A stretch of 50,020 nucleotides of DNA from positions 1-50,020 of the IMG/VR virus record IMGVR_UViG_3300037781_000013; one strand, 5' to 3'. The DNA is from a virus. Its lineage: Duplodnaviria; Caudoviricetes. Numbering within the stretch: the stretch's first letter is position 1; each line of letters begins with the position of its first letter. The translations under genes and the position numbers were made by a program. The notes below the pieces were generated by a model. The model did no database searches, was not told the origin of the DNA, and worked only from the letters and a program-made list of their open reading frames with translations. Positions 17,160-26,284 of the stretch are shown here, piece after piece.

Positions 17160-17639
17160 ATGAACGTAAACGGTGTAGTAGAGAACATTAACAATCCAGA
17201 TAAGTTTGGTAATTGTAGTATTAATGTGAATGGGCAATGGTATAACTCCAAGCCTGAGTATGTGAAAGTGATGCCCAAGGAAGGAGACACAGTAGATTTT
17301 ATTGCCAAGGGTAAGTATTTCAATAACCTGAAAGTGGTTAGTGCTGGTGGTGGTGTTTCAGGGCAAGCTAAAGCTTCTGGCACAGCTGGAGGAGGACAAC
17401 AAACCCAAGGCTTCCTTGCTGTAGAGCTGGAACGTAATAGGGCTATTATTCGTCAGAATGCTCTGACAAGTGCTGTGAATGCCTATGCAGGGAGCTTGAT
17501 TGATGTCTCTGAAGAACAAGGGCAAATGGATGAATGTATAGATGACATCATTTACATTGCTCGTAAGTTTGAAGCATATACATCTGGTGATGCTGACATT
17601 GATGAAGTGAAAGAGTCATTGAAGAACATGAACGCCTAA
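17160..17639 (+). CDS. putative single-stranded DNA-binding protein
   Basis: OB-like N-terminus (NGQWY, EGDTV.F), glycine-rich linker, IIRQNAL C-terminal domain; replication context. Confidence 0.6.
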   Translation: MNVNGVVENINNPDKFGNCSINVNGQWYNSKPEYVKVMPKEGDTVDFIAKGKYFNNLKVVSAGGGVSGQAKASGTAGGGQQTQGFLAVELERNRAIIRQNALTSAVNAYAGSLIDVSEEQGQMDECIDDIIYIARKFEAYTSGDADIDEVKESLKNMNA

Positions 17640-17721
17640 TGGAATGGATTCCAGCTGTTGGAGGAACAGCTTATCAAAACCTCCACTTAATTTTATAACA
17701 ATGTTATAGGAGGAATCCATG
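17640..17721 (+). promoter_or_regulatory. structured leader (hairpin/pseudoknot versus RBS-sequestering helices) plus dyad at 17694-17708
   Basis: AGCTGTT-GGAGG-AACAGCT hairpin; CCTCC complementary to both the loop and the RBS; ATGGATTCC complementary to GGAATCCAT. Confidence 0.55.
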
Positions 17722-18075
17722 ACAACGAAGAATATAAAACAACGAGCAACCTTCATGTCGAAGGATTCTTCTGCAACCATTGTTAGCAATGTAGATGTGT
17801 GTACATACAGACACATAAATAATATTCTGGAAGATGAGGGTGACGAGAAAGAAACTAAAGTGGTGAGCAGTGTTGATGTAGAAGTGAGGCTTACAGATTG
17901 TAATAGAGGGATTGCATGGCATTGTTTTGGGTCTACAGAAAAGGAAGCTGTATCTCGTATTGATAAAACAATAAAAGCTTTTGAGCTTCTTAAAGAGGAC
18001 ATTCATAAGGCTTACGAAGTGAAGGCTAAAGAGGAGAGTAAGAATGATAAACGTAGAAGAAGTGACAAAAGATGA
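17719..18075 (+). CDS. hypothetical protein
   Basis: GGAGG RBS; LTDCNR.I.W.....K phage motif. Confidence 0.7.
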   Translation: MTTKNIKQRATFMSKDSSATIVSNVDVCTYRHINNILEDEGDEKETKVVSSVDVEVRLTDCNRGIAWHCFGSTEKEAVSRIDKTIKAFELLKEDIHKAYEVKAKEESKNDKRRRSDKR

Positions 18076-18610
18076 GTGGAAGGCGCTGGAGATAATCAAA
18101 GGACATTCTCTGAGTAGTGTGATTGCTGGCGGTTATATGCGTGACACCCTTCTTAATGTGCCCTTTAATGACATAGACGTATTCATACATAAGAGATATT
18201 GTAAAGAACTCACTAAATTTCTGGTGGCAGCAGGATTTGATATTAGGGCAGACGTAGAGAGAAACTACGATGACGTAATGTTTGAGAGCTGTCGTGTAGA
18301 GGGAACCAGACTAAATGTGATATTTATAGAGGGAGAGATAACACCTACTCAATTCGTAGAAAGACATTTCGATATTGGGATATGTCAAGCTGTTTACAAC
18401 CTTACTACAGAGCACCTACATACAACACCTAGATTTGATTATGATTTTGAGCACAACAAGGTGACAATCATTCACCAGAACATAAGTAAACGTGCTGGTA
18501 ATTCTCAGAGTAAGTCAGAAGGAAGAGCACACAGAATATGCAGTAAGCTTAACAGATATACAAGAAAGAAGTGGCAAGTGATAGGAGATTCAGCAAATGT
18601 CCCATTCTAA
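18044..18610 (+). CDS. nucleotidyltransferase (CCA-adding/poly(A) polymerase head-like, pol-beta fold)
   Basis: IAGGYMRD...NDIDVF and FDIGICQ motifs. Confidence 0.8.
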   Translation: MINVEEVTKDEWKALEIIKGHSLSSVIAGGYMRDTLLNVPFNDIDVFIHKRYCKELTKFLVAAGFDIRADVERNYDDVMFESCRVEGTRLNVIFIEGEITPTQFVERHFDIGICQAVYNLTTEHLHTTPRFDYDFEHNKVTIIHQNISKRAGNSQSKSEGRAHRICSKLNRYTRKKWQVIGDSANVPF

Positions 18611-19451
18611 AATAACAGCACACATTGATGCAGACATCCTCGTGTATAGGGTGGGATTTGCTTCTGATAAAAACGACGAGCCTCTTGAGTATTGTCTAGC
18701 TACAATGAAGAAGAGCATTGAGAAGATAATTAAGAATACTAAATGTGATGAGTATAAGCTGTACATTTCGGGTAAGGAGAATTTCAGGGACGAGGTGGCT
18801 ACATTCCAGCCCTACAAAGGCAACCGACTGGATGCTAAGAAGCCTAAGTATTACAATGAAATGCGGCAGTACCTTAAAGATGTTCAGATGGCAGAAGAGA
18901 CAGACGGAATAGAAGCTGATGATGCTATAGGCTTGGCTATGACCAGAGAAGGAGCAGAGAATGACATATGTGTGTCTATTGATAAAGACTTGGATATGAT
19001 TCCGGGAGTTCATTATAATTTTGTTAAGGATGAATTCTACATTGTAGATGAAGAACAGGCTGCTATTAATTTTGCTATGCAGCTGTTATCAGGAGACAGC
19101 TCTGATAATATTCCGGGACTGTATAGGCTCACAGGACAGAAAGCCACTAAGGCTATTAAGGACGAGATAAAAGACCGTTACATACACTCAGTTAAAGAGT
19201 GTATAGAGGATGATACAGACCTAAGTATAGCAAGGCACGACCTGTTAAAACATGTTAATAATACATATGTGGAGGCTTTAGCAGAAAATACGGAAGCTTT
19301 TGACTTAGAGGTACATCCCTTTGCAGGGGAAAATGTAGTATCGTCAGTGATCCTAGACGAGATTGGTACTCTGCTCTGGATACAACGAAGTGACTACGAT
19401 AGTTTTTGGGAGTACATGGCATACGCTTCACCAATACTGAGAGGAATATAA
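18597..19451 (+). CDS. 5'-3' exonuclease (T7 gp6/FEN-like)
   Basis: IDADIL, YKGNR, EADD, SIDKDL, GDSSDNIPG. Confidence 0.9.
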   Translation: MSHSKITAHIDADILVYRVGFASDKNDEPLEYCLATMKKSIEKIIKNTKCDEYKLYISGKENFRDEVATFQPYKGNRLDAKKPKYYNEMRQYLKDVQMAEETDGIEADDAIGLAMTREGAENDICVSIDKDLDMIPGVHYNFVKDEFYIVDEEQAAINFAMQLLSGDSSDNIPGLYRLTGQKATKAIKDEIKDRYIHSVKECIEDDTDLSIARHDLLKHVNNTYVEALAENTEAFDLEVHPFAGENVVSSVILDEIGTLLWIQRSDYDSFWEYMAYASPILRGI

Positions 19452-19832
19452 TTGCCTAGAAAAAAGAAAGTGGTAAAACCAAGAGTGCCTCGTACCAGAG
19501 GCAATGCAACAATGACTGAGGCTCAGTTTTGGGGGTTTGTACGTTCAGGACTAAGAAGTAAGAGTCAGAGATGGCCTCCCAAGTTTGCTGTTCTACAGGA
19601 TGCAAAGAGGACAGTGAAAGGTAAGAGACATAAGTATGAATATCAATGTGCTCTATGTAAGAAGTGGAACAAGATGACAGAGGTGAGTGTAGATCATATA
19701 GTTCCTGTAGGAACATTGAGGTGTTACAATGACCTTCCGGGATTTGTAGAACGACTATTCTGTGAGAAAGAGGGGCTTCAAGTATTATGTAGAGAGTGTC
19801 ACAACACTAAGACACAGGAGGAAAGGAAATGA
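19452..19832 (+). CDS. HNH endonuclease
   Basis: CALC...VDHIVP...LQVLCRECH; TTG start after GAGGA. Confidence 0.85.
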   Translation: MPRKKKVVKPRVPRTRGNATMTEAQFWGFVRSGLRSKSQRWPPKFAVLQDAKRTVKGKRHKYEYQCALCKKWNKMTEVSVDHIVPVGTLRCYNDLPGFVERLFCEKEGLQVLCRECHNTKTQEERK

Positions 19833-19919
19833 CTTATCTTATAATTATTTCTACTGGTGTAGCAATATATTTAGCTTATAAAGCTGGTGTATTTGATAAA
19901 GACGAATAGAGGAACCTAC

Positions 19920-20705
19920 ATGAAAATAATGGTACTACCAGACACCCAATGCAAAGAGGGACGTACAACTCACCACTTAACAGCAGCAGGTAATTATGCT
20001 GTAGATAAGAAGCCAGATGTTATTGTACATATTGGCGATCATTGGGACATGCCTTCTCTGTCTTCCTATGATGAAGGGAAGAAGAAGTTTGAGGGAAGAC
20101 AATACACCAAGGACATTGAGGCTGGTAATACAGCTATGGATGCCTTCATGGCTCCTATTATTAAGGAACAGAAACGCCTCAGACGTAACAAGAAAACTGT
20201 ATGGAAGCCTCGCCTTATATTCTGTATAGGCAACCATGAGCAGAGAATTGAGAGAGCTATAAATGATGACAGAAAGCTAGAAGGACTCATCAGCTACGAT
20301 GACTTCAATCTGGATAAGTATGGATGGGAAGTGTACGACTTCCTTGAGGTGGTGATTGTTAATGGCGTAGCCTTCTCCCACTTCTTCACCTCTGGTGTTA
20401 TGGGAAGACCCGTTAGTAATGCTGGCTTGATGTTGAGGAAGAAACATATGTCTTGTGTTATGGGGCATGTGCAAGACCGGGACATTGCTTTTGAGAAAAG
20501 AGCTGACGGAACTAGAATGACTGGCCTGTTTGTAGGCATATTCTATCCAGATGATGAGGACTACCTAACACCTCAAACTAATGACAGCTGGAGAGGCATA
20601 TGGATGTTGCATGAGGTGTGTGACGGAGAGTTTGATGAGATGGCTGTCAGCATAAACTATTTGGAGGAGCGTTATGGGACAGTCAATAAAGGAAAGCGCA
20701 CATGA
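19920..20705 (+). CDS. calcineurin-like metallophosphoesterase
   Basis: PDTQ, GDHWD, GNHE, SH and GHVQ motifs. Confidence 0.85.
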   Translation: MKIMVLPDTQCKEGRTTHHLTAAGNYAVDKKPDVIVHIGDHWDMPSLSSYDEGKKKFEGRQYTKDIEAGNTAMDAFMAPIIKEQKRLRRNKKTVWKPRLIFCIGNHEQRIERAINDDRKLEGLISYDDFNLDKYGWEVYDFLEVVIVNGVAFSHFFTSGVMGRPVSNAGLMLRKKHMSCVMGHVQDRDIAFEKRADGTRMTGLFVGIFYPDDEDYLTPQTNDSWRGIWMLHEVCDGEFDEMAVSINYLEERYGTVNKGKRT

Positions 20706-20901
20706 GACTCTGTGGAATTATGTTGTAGGATTTATAGTGTCTGTGTTGGTGTATAAATATGTTGTTCTTCCTATTGACATGCTACACCAATCTGCTATAC
20801 TCGTTACAATAATATTTACAATAACGTCCATGATTAGGACGTATGTATTAAGAAGGGTTTTTAATTACAGAGAGGAGAGAAGGCATGAAGATAGCAGTTA
20901 G
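20674..20901 (+). CDS. small membrane protein (DUF7220-like)
   Basis: QS..ES..E...N...GF...S..R.Y.LRR.FN pattern. Confidence 0.7.
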   Translation: MGQSIKESAHETLWNYVVGFIVSVLVYKYVVLPIDMLHQSAILVTIIFTITSMIRTYVLRRVFNYREERRHEDSS

Positions 20902-21244
20902 TGGAGGTAGGGATAACTACGACTACGAATTTATAGATGCTGTATTACATTCCTACAGCACCTCTTACCAAATCACTGAGATTCTTGTGGGAGATGCTTC
21001 TGGTGTAGATTCCATTGTCAAGCAGTGGTGCAGATATAATGAGATGGAATGTAAAGTTTTTGAGGCGAACTGGAAAGAGTATGGGAAATCAGCTGGCCCC
21101 ATAAGGAACTCTGAAATACTTAATGACCATCCAGATATAGTTATATTATTTGCTGGAGGAGCTGGTACAGAGAACATGAGCACTCAAGCAGCCAGCAGAA
21201 GAATTGTTACTGTAGATTATAGAGATAGAGGAGAAAATGGATGA
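20885..21244 (+). CDS. SLOG-superfamily protein (DUF2493/YspA-like)
   Basis: VSGGRD, GDASGVD, ANW..YGKSAGPIRN, F.GG.GT.NM. Confidence 0.85.
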   Translation: MKIAVSGGRDNYDYEFIDAVLHSYSTSYQITEILVGDASGVDSIVKQWCRYNEMECKVFEANWKEYGKSAGPIRNSEILNDHPDIVILFAGGAGTENMSTQAASRRIVTVDYRDRGENG

Positions 21245-21786
21245 AAATTGATAACAGACAAATATATCTTGTGAGAGAAATACAAGAACCTCCCGGAGAA
21301 TTGTTCCTAGATTGGGAAGGTAATGAGACAGGCTATGCACAGAACGCGTATTTCTTCCGACTTGAAGACGACTTGGAACAGATTAAATTGTATTCCCAAG
21401 CTATTGAATATGACATCCATGAAGTGGAGAGTGATGAGTGGTTGGGAACTACAGCAGACCTCCCTGTAGGCTCTGTAAGCCCTTATAAGGAAGAACAGAA
21501 GGAGGCAGTAGGTGGGTATGAGGAATTAGAGAACGTCCTTCAGAGAGCCTTACATCAAGCCTCAGAGGGTAAAGGGAAGGAGAGACACGCTCAAGGACTG
21601 GCGTTTGAAGACCAACCAATGCTCCAGATTAGTAGGTTTCTAGGGACAGAACAAGGAATGGCTTTCCAAGCCTGTAAGAAGATACAGGAGAGCCACCGAC
21701 TCCCTACAACGGAGAGGAAAGTGGCAGAGCTATTGGGAGCTATTAATTATATAGCTGGAATGGTGATTATGCTGGAGGAGGAATAA
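21241..21786 (+). CDS. conserved phage hypothetical protein
   Basis: C-terminal QA..GKGKERHA...QA.KK..E...ELLGAINY domain. Confidence 0.75.
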   Translation: MKIDNRQIYLVREIQEPPGELFLDWEGNETGYAQNAYFFRLEDDLEQIKLYSQAIEYDIHEVESDEWLGTTADLPVGSVSPYKEEQKEAVGGYEELENVLQRALHQASEGKGKERHAQGLAFEDQPMLQISRFLGTEQGMAFQACKKIQESHRLPTTERKVAELLGAINYIAGMVIMLEEE

Positions 21787-21948
21787 ATGAACGGTAAGAA
21801 AGCTAAGATGTTACGCAACCTCTCAGGAGGAAATACAGCACAATATTATGATGTTCATGGCACTATTGTCCTCCATCCATATTGTTCTAGAGCTGTATAC
21901 AAGAGCCTGAAGAGGTTTTATAAGGATGGGAGGCATGTGTGGGAATAA
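21787..21948 (+). CDS. small basic hypothetical protein, 53 aa
   Basis: MNGKKAKMLR...RAVYKSLKR; GGAGG RBS. Confidence 0.6.
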   Translation: MNGKKAKMLRNLSGGNTAQYYDVHGTIVLHPYCSRAVYKSLKRFYKDGRHVWE

Positions 21949-22274
21949 CCATTGGAGATTTAATCCAGCAGCCTATGCACAATAGGAAGGATGAATACGA
22001 AAGAATTAAAAAAGAACTGGAGGCTAAACAAGCTATGGCTACAGTACAATGGGGGCCAACACCAATATATTCACAGCCAGCTATGTCAGGGACAAGGACA
22101 GGACGCACAAGCTCTGCTCCAACCCCAAGGGGAGGTATGTCTGTTTCTCATATTACGGCTTATGGATTTACAGATGAAGAGCTTCTTGATTTGAGGAAGT
22201 CTTTAACAATGCTAGGACTAACAACAGAAGAATTAATTGACATATTACAGGAGATGCAATCTGATAATGAATAA
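21939..22274 (+). CDS. hypothetical protein
   Basis: GGAGG RBS before a GTG start. Confidence 0.6.
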   Translation: MGITIGDLIQQPMHNRKDEYERIKKELEAKQAMATVQWGPTPIYSQPAMSGTRTGRTSSAPTPRGGMSVSHITAYGFTDEELLDLRKSLTMLGLTTEELIDILQEMQSDNE

Positions 22275-24225
22275 CTACCAACACTACATAGCACTAAGTA
22301 GGTATGCTCGTTACATTCCTGAAGAGAATAGGAGAGAAACGTGGGAAGAAACTGTCAATAGGTATATAGAGTTCTTTGCCGAACAGCTAGGAGAAAACTG
22401 GCAGGATAGCAAAGGAATTGATGCTTCAGATGTGTTAGATACCCTAGTAGACATAGAGAAGGCTATTATAAATCTGGAAGTGATGCCTAGCATGAGATGT
22501 CTGATGACCGCTGGAAAGGCTCTGGATAGAGATAATGTAGCTGGCTATAATTGTTCCTACTTGGTGGTAGATCACCAGAGAGCCTTCGATGAGTTGATGT
22601 ATATTCTCATGTGTGGGACAGGTGTAGGGTTTTCTGTAGAAAGACAATACATCACTAAGCTTCCTGAAGTGAGTGAAGAGATGCATCCTACAGACACAAC
22701 AATTGTTGTAGCAGACAGTAAAATAGGATGGGCTAGTGCTCTACGAGAGCTTATAACATTGTTATACGCTGGTAAGATTCCCTCATGGGATGTAAGCAAA
22801 GTTAGACCGTCTGGAGCACAGCTTAAAACCTTTGGAGGAAGAGCCTCTGGCCCTGAGCCTCTGCTTGAGCTATTCCAATTCACTGTAGATGTATTCACAA
22901 AAGCAGCTGGACGTAAGCTCACTTCTCTGGAATGTCACGACCTGTGCTGTAAGATTGCAGACGTTGTTGTTGTAGGTGGTGTACGTAGAAGTGCCCTTAT
23001 TTCCCTGTCTAATGTATCAGATGACAGGATGAGGAGTGCCAAGAGTGGACAATGGTTTAATGAAAACCCACAGAGAGCCTTGGCTAACAACTCTGCTTGC
23101 TATACAGAGACACCAGACCTTAACGTATTTCTTGACGAGATGAGCAGCTTGTATGACTCTAAATCAGGAGAGAGGGGCTTCTTCTCTAGAGTGGCTAGTC
23201 AGAAACAAGCAGAAAGGAACGGACGTAGAGACAGTGAACAAGACTTCGGAACCAATCCCTGCTCTGAGATTATCTTACGCCCTAATCAGTTTTGTAATCT
23301 GACAGAAGTGGTGGTAAGACCAGAAGATACTCTGGATGACTTGAAACGTAAGGTGGAGTATGCTACAATACTAGGCACAATACAGAGTACATTGACAGAC
23401 TTCCGCTATCTACGTAAGATATGGAAGACAAACACAGAAGAGGAACGATTGCTTGGAGTGTCTTTGACAGGTATTATGGATCATCCAGTGTTAAATGGTA
23501 AGTCTGACCCTTTCTATGCAGATGTTTTGATACCGTTTGGCATGTCTAAATCCACCAGCTTGGAGAATATATTAGAAGAGCTTAGAGATGTAGCTGTAAA
23601 GACCAACAAAGAATGGGCTGCAAAATTAGGCATACCTCAAAGCACCGCCATTACGTGTGTTAAGCCTAGTGGCACTGTTTCTCAGCTTGTTGACAGTGCT
23701 AGTGGTATTCACCCTAGGTATAGCCCTTATTATATCCGTAGGGTTAGGAGTGACGTTAAAGACCCACTAACAACATGGATGATTGAGCAAGGCTTTCCTT
23801 ATGAACAGGATAGATTTAATGCCAGCAACATCATCTTTAGTTTCCCTATGAAGTCTCCTGAAGGAGCTGTACACACAGAAGATGTAGGAGCAATGGGACA
23901 ACTTAAGTTGTGGGACATATACCAGAAGCATTGGTGTGAGCATAAGCCTTCCATCACTGTGTACTACGACGACAAGGAATTTCTGGAAGCTATGTCGTGG
24001 CTCTACAGCAACTTCGATGAGGTGAGTGGTATTAGTTTTCTACCAAAGAACGATCACATATATCCTCAAGCTCCGTATGAAGAAATAACGGAAGAGCAAT
24101 ATAATGAGATGTTAAAGCTTATGCCTGACGAGGCTGTATGGGATACAATGGAGCTTCTGGAGACAGAAGATAATGTAGAAGGTGTGCAGAGTTTAGCTTG
24201 TACAGGGAACTCTTGTGAGATATAG
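22267..24225 (+). CDS. nrdJ: class II (adenosylcobalamin-dependent) ribonucleotide reductase
   Basis: RRETWEE, PSMR, YNC, GTNPCSEI, CNL, TCVKPSGT, C-terminal CxxxxC; no beta-subunit gene; perfect dyad inside at 22752-22766. Confidence 0.92.
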   Translation: MNNYQHYIALSRYARYIPEENRRETWEETVNRYIEFFAEQLGENWQDSKGIDASDVLDTLVDIEKAIINLEVMPSMRCLMTAGKALDRDNVAGYNCSYLVVDHQRAFDELMYILMCGTGVGFSVERQYITKLPEVSEEMHPTDTTIVVADSKIGWASALRELITLLYAGKIPSWDVSKVRPSGAQLKTFGGRASGPEPLLELFQFTVDVFTKAAGRKLTSLECHDLCCKIADVVVVGGVRRSALISLSNVSDDRMRSAKSGQWFNENPQRALANNSACYTETPDLNVFLDEMSSLYDSKSGERGFFSRVASQKQAERNGRRDSEQDFGTNPCSEIILRPNQFCNLTEVVVRPEDTLDDLKRKVEYATILGTIQSTLTDFRYLRKIWKTNTEEERLLGVSLTGIMDHPVLNGKSDPFYADVLIPFGMSKSTSLENILEELRDVAVKTNKEWAAKLGIPQSTAITCVKPSGTVSQLVDSASGIHPRYSPYYIRRVRSDVKDPLTTWMIEQGFPYEQDRFNASNIIFSFPMKSPEGAVHTEDVGAMGQLKLWDIYQKHWCEHKPSITVYYDDKEFLEAMSWLYSNFDEVSGISFLPKNDHIYPQAPYEEITEEQYNEMLKLMPDEAVWDTMELLETEDNVEGVQSLACTGNSCEI

Positions 24226-24231
24226 GAGGCA

Positions 24232-24447
24232 TTGATGGAGGATGATGCAATTGTAATAAAAATTAGTGATCTTTTAGCTCAGTCAGTGCAGAAGTTCCCT
24301 GTAGAGACTACATATGATATGAGGAACGAGAGGCATCTTATTAAACTAAACAAAGAGTTCTTAAGAAGTCTTCTGATGACTGTAGAGGATGATGTACTGA
24401 ATGAACTAGGAACCCTAGTGTTAAATGAACTAGATAGGAGGAAATAA
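24232..24447 (+). CDS. hypothetical protein
   Basis: GGAGG RBS. Confidence 0.6.
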   Translation: MMEDDAIVIKISDLLAQSVQKFPVETTYDMRNERHLIKLNKEFLRSLLMTVEDDVLNELGTLVLNELDRRK

Positions 24448-24449
24448 AT

Positions 24450-24686
24450 ATGAAGAAAGTACCACAATATTCATTTGAAGAGTGGGTAGATATTAGTGAA
24501 CTAGAAACCGCTAGGTGTTATCACTTCCCTGACGGTTCTACTTATGCTATTGAAAAACCAGTAAAGCTTTTGGTTAAGCCATCAGGAAGCCATAAACTTG
24601 TAGACGCAGAGGGGTATAACCATTACGTAAGGGCTGGATGGAATGCCTTCTCTTTCTCAGGTAAATGGGGGATAGATATAAAATGA
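24450..24686 (+). CDS. conserved phage hypothetical protein
   Basis: DISE.E..R.Y.F......I..P..L....SGSH...D. Confidence 0.7.
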   Translation: MKKVPQYSFEEWVDISELETARCYHFPDGSTYAIEKPVKLLVKPSGSHKLVDAEGYNHYVRAGWNAFSFSGKWGIDIK

Positions 24687-24847
24687 CTAATCAACTACAA
24701 GACCCTTTAATTGACATGCCATTGTCTGCTGTGGCACAGCACTATGTTGACCACGATCAATCAGACGAGCTGGTGTATGAAATCACTAAATATAAAAGAG
24801 CCTTAATGGAAGATGCAGCTCAGGAGGGAGAGGATGCTACCGTATGA
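24683..24847 (+). CDS. hypothetical protein
   Basis: Translationally coupled ORF. Confidence 0.55.
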   Translation: MTNQLQDPLIDMPLSAVAQHYVDHDQSDELVYEITKYKRALMEDAAQEGEDATV

Positions 24848-25046
24848 CACTACATTACAAGACATACTAGATAAACCAACTAGTATTGATAACGTGCATG
24901 AATCTTGCTATAGATGTTACAGTGTGTTAGGTAGAGTAGAAGAGATGGCAGCAAGGGGAATATCTCCTAGTGAGATACATAGCTTTATTCAAGACATACA
25001 CTCCCTAAACTCTAACGGAGAATTTCTCCACAGGGAGAGGCAATAA
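24834..25046 (+). CDS. hypothetical protein
   Basis: RBS, coupled ORF. Confidence 0.55.
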   Translation: MLPYDTTLQDILDKPTSIDNVHESCYRCYSVLGRVEEMAARGISPSEIHSFIQDIHSLNSNGEFLHRERQ

Positions 25047-25261
25047 TGATGAATAAATATGAAATGCAAGACAATACAAACAAAGACTCTGATTACTATA
25101 GAGTTATTGTTAGGCATGAGGAAGACATACTAGAATTCCAAGAACACGTAGCAGAGTATGTAGCTACAGGATGGAAGTGTGTAGGAGGGGTGTCTGTGAG
25201 AACTGGTGCTGTCAGAGGTGCTTACCTGATACAAGCTGTAAGCAAACATCCAGATGATTAA
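25046..25261 (+). CDS. DUF1737-like protein
   Basis: V..Y...GW...GGVSV.......QAV. Confidence 0.6.
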   Translation: MMNKYEMQDNTNKDSDYYRVIVRHEEDILEFQEHVAEYVATGWKCVGGVSVRTGAVRGAYLIQAVSKHPDD

Positions 25262-25490
25262 GAGTGTCTTACTAATTGTTGTATGCGTTGTTGCTATAGC
25301 TTGCTCTACTAATGTAGGGAAGCAGAAAGTAGTGACACGTACATTGGAAAATGGAAATACAATGATTGAGGTGCACTATGGCAGATACATCTATCTATAT
25401 CAAATAGAAGGCTACCACAACAATCTAACAGAAGAAGAGAAAATAGAGCATTTAGTTTCTCTTAAGAAGTACGTGGAGGATAATCTATGA
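25254..25490 (+). CDS. putative lipoprotein
   Basis: Signal-like N-terminus ending in the lipobox AIAC. Confidence 0.55.
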   Translation: MIKSVLLIVVCVVAIACSTNVGKQKVVTRTLENGNTMIEVHYGRYIYLYQIEGYHNNLTEEEKIEHLVSLKKYVEDNL

Positions 25491-25651
25491 ATGAGACAGA
25501 GTTAGAACGACTTAACAAAACAACCAACATGCTTCATCAGTATATAGAAGCTATGAACAAAATTGAAGACTACTTTGAATACCGAAACGAGTCACAGAAA
25601 GACAAAGATTATGTTATGGATGTCATTGATCGTTTGGGAGACAGCTTATGA
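25487..25651 (+). CDS. hypothetical protein, 54 aa
   Basis: GGAGGA RBS; ATGA overlaps at both ends. Confidence 0.6.
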   Translation: MNETELERLNKTTNMLHQYIEAMNKIEDYFEYRNESQKDKDYVMDVIDRLGDSL

Positions 25652-25785
25652 GAATGCCAATCGCTGGTGCTGTGTCAATTATATGTGCTGTAGGAGCTAT
25701 TATATTTGCTTTCTTAGGCTTATTTTCTACAGCACTCCTTCTAGGAATAGGCTCCGCGCTGTTTCTTTTTCTTTCTGACCTCTAG
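25648..25785 (+). CDS. small membrane protein, 45 aa; last gene of the + arm
   Basis: GGGAG RBS; two hydrophobic segments; stop overlaps the stop of the - arm gene. Confidence 0.55.
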   Translation: MRMPIAGAVSIICAVGAIIFAFLGLFSTALLLGIGSALFLFLSDL

Positions 25786-25997
25786 CTAGTACGTAGAACG
25801 CAGATATTAGGGAGAGGACTCCTATACTTAACCTCTCCTTGTGCTATGTAAGACAAACAGCCATCTTTATCAAAGATTAATTGCGGTGGTTTCTCTGGAG
25901 TGGGGGAAGGTTTTATCTCCTCCCTTCTCTCCTTCAGGGAAGCCAACCACAATCCCATCACCACTAATAACAATGTTATAAGAAACAGCTTTCTCAT
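25782..25997 (-). CDS. small membrane-anchored protein (possible lysis accessory)
   Basis: N-terminal TM segment; end of lysis cluster; one-mismatch dyad at 25966-25980. Confidence 0.6.
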   Translation of the reverse strand: MRKLFLITLLLVVMGLWLASLKERREEIKPSPTPEKPPQLIFDKDGCLSYIAQGEVKYRSPLPNICVLRTS

Positions 25998-26284
25998 CGT
26001 TTCTTCTTTCTCCCACCAGTGCCTCTATTGTCTGCTCTATTAGCAGACCTACTCCTTACACGCAAATTAGACTTAGAATTGTTTAGGTTCCCTTTCTTGG
26101 AGCCCTTCTTCTTATGATCTATGTCCTTACCGTCTCCCTTCCTCACTTGCCCTGAACGCTCTGCTCTACGCCTAGCTGTATTACGCTGTGCTCTGCGCTT
26201 CTTCTGAGCAGGAGAGGAATTGTATTTACGCTGCTCTTTAGAGCGAGGCTTTGCATTAGATTTATATTCACCTTTCTTAGCCAT
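25994..26284 (-). CDS. basic HNH-like protein
   Basis: R..RN.ARR...KGDGKDIDH...N...NLRV.....NR. Confidence 0.7.
   Translation of the reverse strand: MAKKGEYKSNAKPRSKEQRKYNSSPAQKKRRAQRNTARRRAERSGQVRKGDGKDIDHKKKGSKKGNLNNSKSNLRVRSRSANRADNRGTGGRKKKR

Noticed and set aside
17640-17690. tRNA gene
   Set aside because: Too short, with no T-loop (GTTCRA) or cloverleaf; I recognised no tRNA anywhere in the window
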